A stretch of 64,000 bases of DNA from Plasmodiophora brassicae. Taxonomy: Eukaryota. Where the stretch lies: positions 62,001 to 126,000 of the forward strand of contig CP145425.1 in NCBI GenBank assembly GCA_036867785.1, written 5' to 3'. A model generated the notes under the pieces. The model saw nothing but the letters and a program-made list of their open reading frames with translations, was not told where the DNA came from and did no database searches. Both the position numbers and the translations under genes were made by a program. How positions within the stretch are numbered: the first letter of the stretch is position 1; each line of letters begins with the position of its first letter. Below, one piece after another: positions 56,526 through 64,000 of the stretch.

Positions 56526-59500
56526 TCATTCGTCCTCCTTCTCGTCGAGGGCCGTGTGAATCGACACCATCTGGGCGTCGTTCAGCTGGCTGGAATCCGT
56601 TCTCAGGACCGAGTACGGCAGCGTGTCCTCCAGCTGGCTCAGCTCGAGCGAACCCGCAGTCGTCACGAACTGTGGAGAGCGGACAGTCAGACCGAGAACC
56701 AACACAGCACCTACACATGCGTTCAACGTACGTAGCGAATGAACAGACGAATAGACGGCAGGTGGTGCGACGGGAAGGCCGCCTCCCGTTGCTTCATGTG
56801 GAAAACGGAGTAGCTGGCGAACCGCAGGAACGCGCTGAGCTGGTCTTTGATCCGCAACGAGACGTCTTCGACGGACAGCGACTCGTTCTCGATCGGCAGG
56901 TGCTGGAACGCACAGGTCAGGGCCCGGACGCACTCGGCAATGCAATGCCCATTGTTCGAGTGCGCCGACAGCGACAGGTCGAACACGGCCGACGACCACG
57001 ACTCGCAGATGAAGTGCAGGCCGAACAGGCACGGCATCAACGACCACAGCGAATCGTCCTCGGCGTTCAGCTTCAGCTGCCGCAGCGCGTTCTGAAGGTT
57101 CAGGTCGTTCTCGTTGCCGTCGGCCTTGAACGCACACCCCATCTCATGGGCAAGGTACTGCATGGTTTGCTCCCCAGGGGCAGGCTGCCCTGGGTCCACA
57201 TTCCACTCTTCGAACCGCCGAACCTGAGACAACCTTGCGTTAACCACCACCGGGAGCCGTTCGCTGACAACCGGACCGACATACCTGCTGGACAGCAGAC
57301 TTGAGAAACGGGATACGCGACTGGAGCGTTTGCTGCAGAGCGTGATAGAGGATTCGTCGCAGTTTCAGGATCGACCCGATCAGCACGGCGTGCCTGAAGA
57401 GGTCGTCCAGGCCGGTCAGCTTCTTGACCGCTTCCAGCCAGGCGGTCGGCTGCGCCATGCGACGCGACACCTTCAGCAGCGTGGCGCTGTTGTTCGACAG
57501 GCAGCGTTTGATCTCGAGCGCGGATTCCTGGACCTGGCTCAGCAGGCGACTTTCCAGAGCGCGCACGCCATGTGCGCCCGCAAACTGGCAGAACGCCTGG
57601 AGTTCGTTGATCTCCAGGTAGTCATGGGCCAGGAGACTGGCCGAATCGGTGGTCGTCGTAGACGCCTGATGCCCCTGAGAAGGCATCAGTTGACGCGATT
57701 CCAGATACTGTATACCGCAGACCTTGTCGTTCAGGCATCTGGTGTTGCTCAGGAACGCCATCGACGTATCCGAGTAGACCAGCTGGCCCTGCGACACCCA
57801 CTTCACGAACCCGGATGAGAAGAAACGCAAGAACAGGCCCCCGCATGTCTTCATGTCCATGTCCGACGATGCAAGTTTCGAGACAGGGTTGACACGGCCG
57901 GGCGCTTGTGATGGACCCATGGTGACGTCGCTGAATTCCTCGAAGAGCACTATCGTCACGAGAGCGGTTTCAGAGACGCGCCGTCCACATCGCACTGGAG
58001 CACTGACCCTCTTTCAGCAGGCTCTCCATACCGATGTCAATGTGAGCCTGGACCTCCTGCGATGGCAAAGTCAGGACCCGGATCCATACACGTAGCGTTT
58101 ACTCGAGTACCTGGACAGCTCGTAGAATCAGTTTGCACTTGATGAGGAACTTGGTGGGTCGTTCGAATTTGCCGTTGCTGGTGGCGGCTCCTCGAAGGAC
58201 TTCCTTAAGGGCCGCCTTCAGGGCAGCAACAAGGTATTGACCTGACCAGCATATAAGACGCAACGAACGACTGCAAGCCGGACGAGCAGGCGCACCTGGC
58301 CACAGCTGCTGATCGTACACCTGAATGGTTTGGTTGTCTCGAAACGCCGAGCAGATGTTGCCACAGATCTGCCGGGTATACTCGATACGTCGAGCAATCT
58401 GGTAGAAAGGCGACCCTTCCGGTAGGCCCGTCGTCCGCCCAGCGGGACACCCGCCCTAACAGGTCCAGTAATTCAGACGTCAACATGAGGGCCTCCTTCG
58501 TCGGTCGGCAGACCATTGCATAAAGCTGCAGCATGTCAGCATACAGAACGCGGAAGGCGTTGCCGACGTGGGCGCATATCGCCTGCAGGTTCTTTTCGGC
58601 CAACGCCACCGACTCTGGACACGACGTGGTCAGTCGAATGCGATTGCACGATTGGCGGCAGCGACACCTGTGGCGATCGTAGGCTGTTCTTCCGGGCACA
58701 GACGGTGCAGGTTCTGTTTGGCGGAGAAGTACAGGCTGACAAACGAGAAGCAGTATCGTGGAATATGCCCGCGGCAGTGCAGGCTTCGCACGAACGACTC
58801 GGTGACCTCGTTCGTGAAGTAGAACAGGTCGGCGAGCGATGCGAACTGGCGCAGCTGGGCCGGCAGACCGTCGATGCAACGCGACCGGAAGCAGACCGTG
58901 TTCAGGTGCACGACCAGGTTCTTGGCGGCCGCGGTTCGGCTGCCTCCTTGCGCCGAGATCAGCATGGCCGATAACCTGTAGCAGTTCATGCGCAGCCCTT
59001 GCAACGATTCCGAATCGGTGGCGACGTCGGCCACGCTGAGCGACTGCAACAGGAGCCGCCCGTGAGCCGACGCGCGGATGTCTTTGGCCAGTTCCTCGAC
59101 CAGCTGGACCGTGCCGGCCATTGACGTGCGGAACGACTCGACGTAGTACGCCTTGATGACGTCGTCGTGCGTGGCAACCAGGCCGCTGAGCTGGTCGACC
59201 AGGAAGAACAGCTCGCTGATGTAGTCGTCTTCGAACGACTCCTCGGTCGTCCACTTCTTCCAGTCGCGCGCCAGCGGCTGCCGGGCGCACAGGTGGTTGA
59301 AGTACCACATGATCTCCTGGCGGCACAGCGACAGGATCGCGAGGACGATCGGGAGCTTTGGGGCGACCAGGCCGGGCACTTCATGCAGGAGCGAGCAGAG
59401 GACGGAGGCCTGCGCACGCAGGAAACGACGTGCGTCGGCGTGTTCGGAAACGGATTCGTTGACCGCGTGCAGACGAGCCGCCTTCGTCAGCTCCTTCAGC

Positions 59501-60544
59501 TTCGGCAGCTTGAGCTTCTTGGCGAATGGCGAGACGAGCAACGCGTCGTACTGGTCGTGGATGCAGAACGTCACGTTGCGGAATATGGAGACGACGAGGC
59601 CGTGCTGGAGAGCGAGGCGAAGGATGTCGCGCGTGTCGTCGTTCTGGAGCTCGGTGGGGCAGACGAGGAAACCGTACAGGACCCATAGGCAGAAACGACC
59701 CAGCAGTTGCAACTCGAAGTAGACGTCGGAGCTGGCGGGCCGCGTCAGCTGATCCGGGTTGTCGAATATGCTGAGGTAGCCCTTCTCCCTGATGACCGCC
59801 AGCTGCCCGTTCTCCGAGAACCGGTGCCCCATCGCCAGCAGAATATGCCCGACGCGATGCGACAGCTGCTCACAGTCCTCCTGCAGCTGGCGAATCGGGT
59901 TCGCGTAGTCGATCAGGAACTTGGACACTCTGGCAAGGACGACGTCAGAACGGACCGGTCCCATGCCATGCAGCGAACAGGGCGCTCCGTTACTTTTGAT
60001 AGCTGGGCTCGAACGTCGACTGCGTGCAATTGTACGCATGGGCGAATATGATGCAGAAGTCCTTGCGGTCCTGCAGGCTGTCGACCAGCAGCAGCAGCTG
60101 CGTCAGGCTGGTCAGAAGGTCCATGAACCAGATCGTCAGGTCCCGCACGATATCGAACTGCGCGCGACAACGTTCAATGCCTCGAAAGGGACGCGCGTCG
60201 AACGACAGACTCACCTGCAAATCCAGGATGTCGGTCGCGACATCGTTCAGGAGTTTCGTCGTTTCCTCCTTGAACTGGCAGACATCGACGAGCGTGTAGT
60301 AATACGGCGCCAGCGCGTCGTGGATGTCGCCCGCATGCTGCTTGAAATAGTTGAACGACGGGCCCTTCTCGATGGCGTTGGCCTGGAATTCCGGGAACTT
60401 CTTCACGAACTTCTGGCAGATCTTGTCCATGTTGCTGTCGAGCACAGCCGGGCGCTTGAACGACATCAGCAGGTGGTGGCAGCGCGCCATCAGCCCCGCG
60501 CACGCATCGTTCAGCAGCAGCAGCCGCTCGGCGACCTTCGCCAT
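56526..60544 (-). CDS. NCKAP1: Nck-associated protein 1 (Nap1/Hem), WAVE/SCAR complex subunit, multi-exon
   Basis: KVAERLLLLND..GLMAR, KFVKKFPEF, LAPYYYTLVDV, APKLP...EIMWYFNH, LHRLCPEE, AHSNNGHCIA, LEDTLPYSVLR. Confidence 0.93.
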
Positions 60545-60967
60545 GGTCCCGCTCGGTCGTCTGCCGCGACGAACCCGATGGCCAACCCTGTCCTGGAATC
60601 GACCGACTCCGTTTCGGTTTCGAACAATCAACGGGTGGGTCGAACTATTTTTGGAACCTCCAAAAAAAGGTCGTACTTAGGTAGGTACTCGTTTTATGGA
60701 ACGGACCAGTGGCCCCTGATGCAGTCGTTGCACGTGGCCTGGTTCCTGGTACGTTTCGGTTGCGTTCTGTGAGGGCGTCGCCGTTCATGGCCGTCGATAG
60801 GTCGTCGTCGTCGCAGCAGAGCGTATCTTGTCCGACTGGGAGAGGACGCGAGTCCGGCCGCACGTGCTGTGACTTGTGACCGCCTGCCGACAGTCAGGCT
60901 CGGTCTGCTATCACAGGTGTCGGTAGGCGGGAGCGGCGGCGGGCGTGGACAGGGCCGGCGACCACCG

Positions 60968-62565
60968 ATGACCTGTCTGCCATGCCTGGCCTCGCCCGAG
61001 GTCGTAGGGGACAGGGCGATCACGAAGAAGATCACCGTGGAAGCCGCCGCCGCGTCTGTTCCGGTCGTCCTGTTCCTGGGTACTCGATCGAATCTGCCCG
61101 CAATGCCCTGACGTCCAACACGCACATGCCTATAGGGTCCGGTGAAAGTGGCAAATCCACCTTCTTCCGTCAGCTGCGTCTATGTTGGCAATTGGTGAGG
61201 GTGCTCGTTTCTGTCAGCTTCTGACGAGTGTCGGTCAGTGCACGGCGGAGGATATACCCCTCAAGAACGCGAACAGTACGCGCCGTGACACAGTGTTGTG
61301 CCCGCGATGACGGAACCTCGAATAGGTTCCAGCAACCTATCAGACAAATGATCATCCATGATATACACGCGCTGATCGTGGCACTGGATCGGCCGGAAGT
61401 CGTTGCCGCGCTGCAAGGCGGGCCGCCGGTGCTGCCAAGTTCAACGATGGAAGCGATGCGGACGATATCGGAATACGCGCGTGCAGGTAAGACACCCATC
61501 CTGCCATCGTTCGCAACGATGGCGAATCAAGTCGAATTTGGCCCAGGTTGCCCGAATTGCGATCTGACCACTGAGATGGCCGGGCTCATTGCCATGGTCT
61601 GGACCGATTCCAGCATCCAGCAGGTTCTCCATTGCCGGGCACAGATACCTTGTTATGTCAACGCCTGAGTCGATCACAGGTTTATGAACTGAAGCGCTTA
61701 TTCCACCTTGGCGAGCACGCCGCCTATTTCTTCGGCAAGGTCCATGAGATCGCCAAAGCCGATTGGATGCCTAACGATCAGGACCTTGTCACGTTTCGTG
61801 TGCGGACCACAGGTAGTGGACCGCTTCACCTGAAACAGGAACGCTCATGTTTCTCGCAGGCGTTTGCGATCAGAAGATTGTGCTGTGGGACAACGTCTTT
61901 CGCATCGTCGATGTTGGCGGTCAACGCAGCGAGAGAAGAAAATGGTTTGGCGGGCCCCTTCGCGAAACACCTAATGTGCACAGTCTCATCCGCCCTAATA
62001 GGATTATGCAGTTCTCAGGTGTGGCTGCCATTCTTTTCGTTGTTGCTACGTCCGAATACGACCAGACCTGCCTTGAGGTGCGCAAGGTATCGAGCTTCGT
62101 TGAAACGCCCCTAACATCACTGCGTTATCAGGATAATGTCACAAACCGCCTGGACGAATCCTTGGGTGTCTTCGTGGACGTCTGCAGGAACGAAGCTGTG
62201 AAGAACAGTGGCATGATCGGTATGGTCTGCACATAGGAGCCTGCGACCTGGCTGTGCTCTTTTACTAATGCGTGTCGTCAGTTTTCTTCAATAAGACCGA
62301 CCTGTTCTTGAAGAAACTGCCGGTCGTTCCGTTTGGGAACTTCATCAAAGACTACACAGGGGACGGGTCACCGAAATCAGTGTCGCTGTACATTGTCGAC
62401 CTGTTCACGCGGAAGGCGAACGACGCGTTCAAGGAGATCAGCGCGAACAAGCGAATCTACCCGCACTGGACAACGGCCATCGACAGAGGCAACGTCAAGA
62501 AAGTGTTCGATTCGCTGAGGGACATAATATTGCGTTTACTGCTCAGTTCGGAGAACTTGCTGTAG
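60968..62565 (+). CDS. Heterotrimeric G protein alpha subunit (paralogue 2), many introns
   Basis: LFLG|SGESGKSTFFRQL, FRVRTTG, DVGGQRSERRKW, FFNKTDL, HWTTAID, KVFDSLRDIIL. Confidence 0.93.
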
Positions 62566-62823
62566 TCAACATACTGCATAAAACTCAACCCAGAAAGGTC
62601 TTTGTCGCACAAATTCGTATGAGCGGTGTGACCTTCAGCATTAGGGCCTTCAGCCTCGCTTGGTAGGTCCTACATCGAAGCCCAGACGACGACCAACATC
62701 GCGACGCATCACAACACGAAATCAAACCGAGGGAAAGACCGGCTACATAATCTGACATAGACCAGGTGAAAGAGGAACAACAGGCATCGGGCGGAGGACC
62801 TGAAAAGCAAAGTCTCGGCGGCA

Positions 62824-63544
62824 GTGGCCGAGGCCAGCCAGATAAAAACAGCCCGCACGGTGTCCGCGACGGAGTCCGTAACGACAAAGTTGTCGGGAGC
62901 GTCGACTGATGGGTGCCCCTGTCGACACCGGTGCCGTACCACGTCGCCTACGGAAGCGCCCGAGGAAGGGCGTCGGACCGCAGAGCCGCGAAACTGTTGT
63001 GGACAGCCTTGTCAAGCAAGGTGGGGGGTCCGCAGGATAGTCTTTTGGTGTACCTTTACTTACTGTACGATAGTGCTTGCGGAGGGCACTTCCGTTTCTA
63101 CTGGCAATCTGCTGCATTCTTTCTTGAAACGGGTTCACAACTCAGCACCGATCGTCGATTCACAGCGTCAACCCGATGGTTCGTTTACGGCTACGGTATC
63201 GTCCAATTGTACGGTTGTCGGCCGAGGATCGTCAACAGTGCATCCGTCGGAAGCGAAACGTGCCGCTGTCCTCGATGCGTTGTCGAACCTTTGCCCTGAG
63301 GTTACCGATGCACTGTCTCGCGCGTCTACCCAAACGACGCCATGCAGTCAGCCGTCCGACATGGTAAGCGTCGATTTGAAGTTACTACGCGGTCGACGGT
63401 CACACTTGCTGATCATAGGCCTGGCTATTCGACGAGATTAAACGTGCGATCAAGGAAAAAAGGGCATCAGGCATGTTTCCGAGCGATGGCCGTGTGCACC
63501 ACTGGCCAAACGACGAAGATTCGCGATTGCCTGCACCGATATGA
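62824..63544 (+). pseudogene. Second dsRBD paralogue, apparently truncated or degenerate
   Basis: NLLHSFLKRVHNSAP...FTATVSSNCTVVGRGSS...EAKRAAVLDALSNLCPE; no clear ATG, early stop after the intron at ~63364-63418. Confidence 0.6.
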
Positions 63545-64000
63545 TCGTCTTGACTTGTGCACAACGATAGACGAATTGCCAATTCTGGATGCGATGGGCC
63601 GCTCGGCACGACCTCAAAAGCATCATATCCCCTCCGAAGGGTACCGACGGACAGACGTCTACCGTAATAATACTACCACCATGGGAACATGAAATTGCAT
63701 AACGGTGACGAAATTTTTGCATAGCGGGGACATAATTTTTGCATGACGGGGAACAAATTGAAGGATGGCGAGGAACAATTGAATGGATCGCAGGGAAGAA
63801 ATGCGTGGATGAGTGGCCCAAAATAAATGGATCGTCTCCGTGCAGGCGAGATGGGCGAAGGTGAGGCCTCTTCATCTTCCGTTGCAGAACAACGTCACCT
63901 GAACAATAGCGGAGACACAGCCGACAACGATACGTGTGGAAAACCGTATCGCTGACGTACGTACCGTACCTTAAGGTATTCTGACTTCATATTCCGCGGC

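Noticed and set aside
60630-60720. AT-rich weak hairpin with a CAGGGGCC-like end upstream of NCKAP1 as a hAT terminus
   Set aside because: No partner inverted repeat or target-site duplication visible

Overview
Gene-dense, GC-rich eukaryotic DNA with many ~55-70 bp GT-AG introns and very short intergenic spacers. The style and gene set suggest a phytomyxid protist such as Plasmodiophora (inference, not verified). About 35 protein-coding genes are recognisable, including HPPD, an ANK-FYVE protein, RasGEF, m-AAA/FtsH protease, RRS1, aspartokinase, acyl-CoA thioesterase, a secreted CAP/PR-1 protein, YbeY, CobW GTPase, TBL1, two G-alpha subunits, DPP3, LRRC49, DPH7, RPB9 and NCKAP1. The most unusual part is 49.3-56.4 kb. 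It holds a cluster of nested inverted repeats built partly from scrambled transposase-like fragments and a TIR-bounded element. This cluster sits directly upstream of, and partly duplicates in inverted orientation, a gene for a three-dsRBD protein whose domains resemble DGCR8/Pasha. A second long-hairpin locus lies at 5.36-6.8 kb and a second dsRBD paralogue at ~63 kb. Together these suggest a possible hairpin-RNA / Microprocessor-like system. Other notable items are a signal-peptide-bearing isoprenoid-synthase-fold protein, an ANK-FYVE-R-SNARE fusion and a truncated Sola-like transposase gene. Gene ends that depend on splicing were called by eye, and all family assignments come from motif recognition, not database searches.
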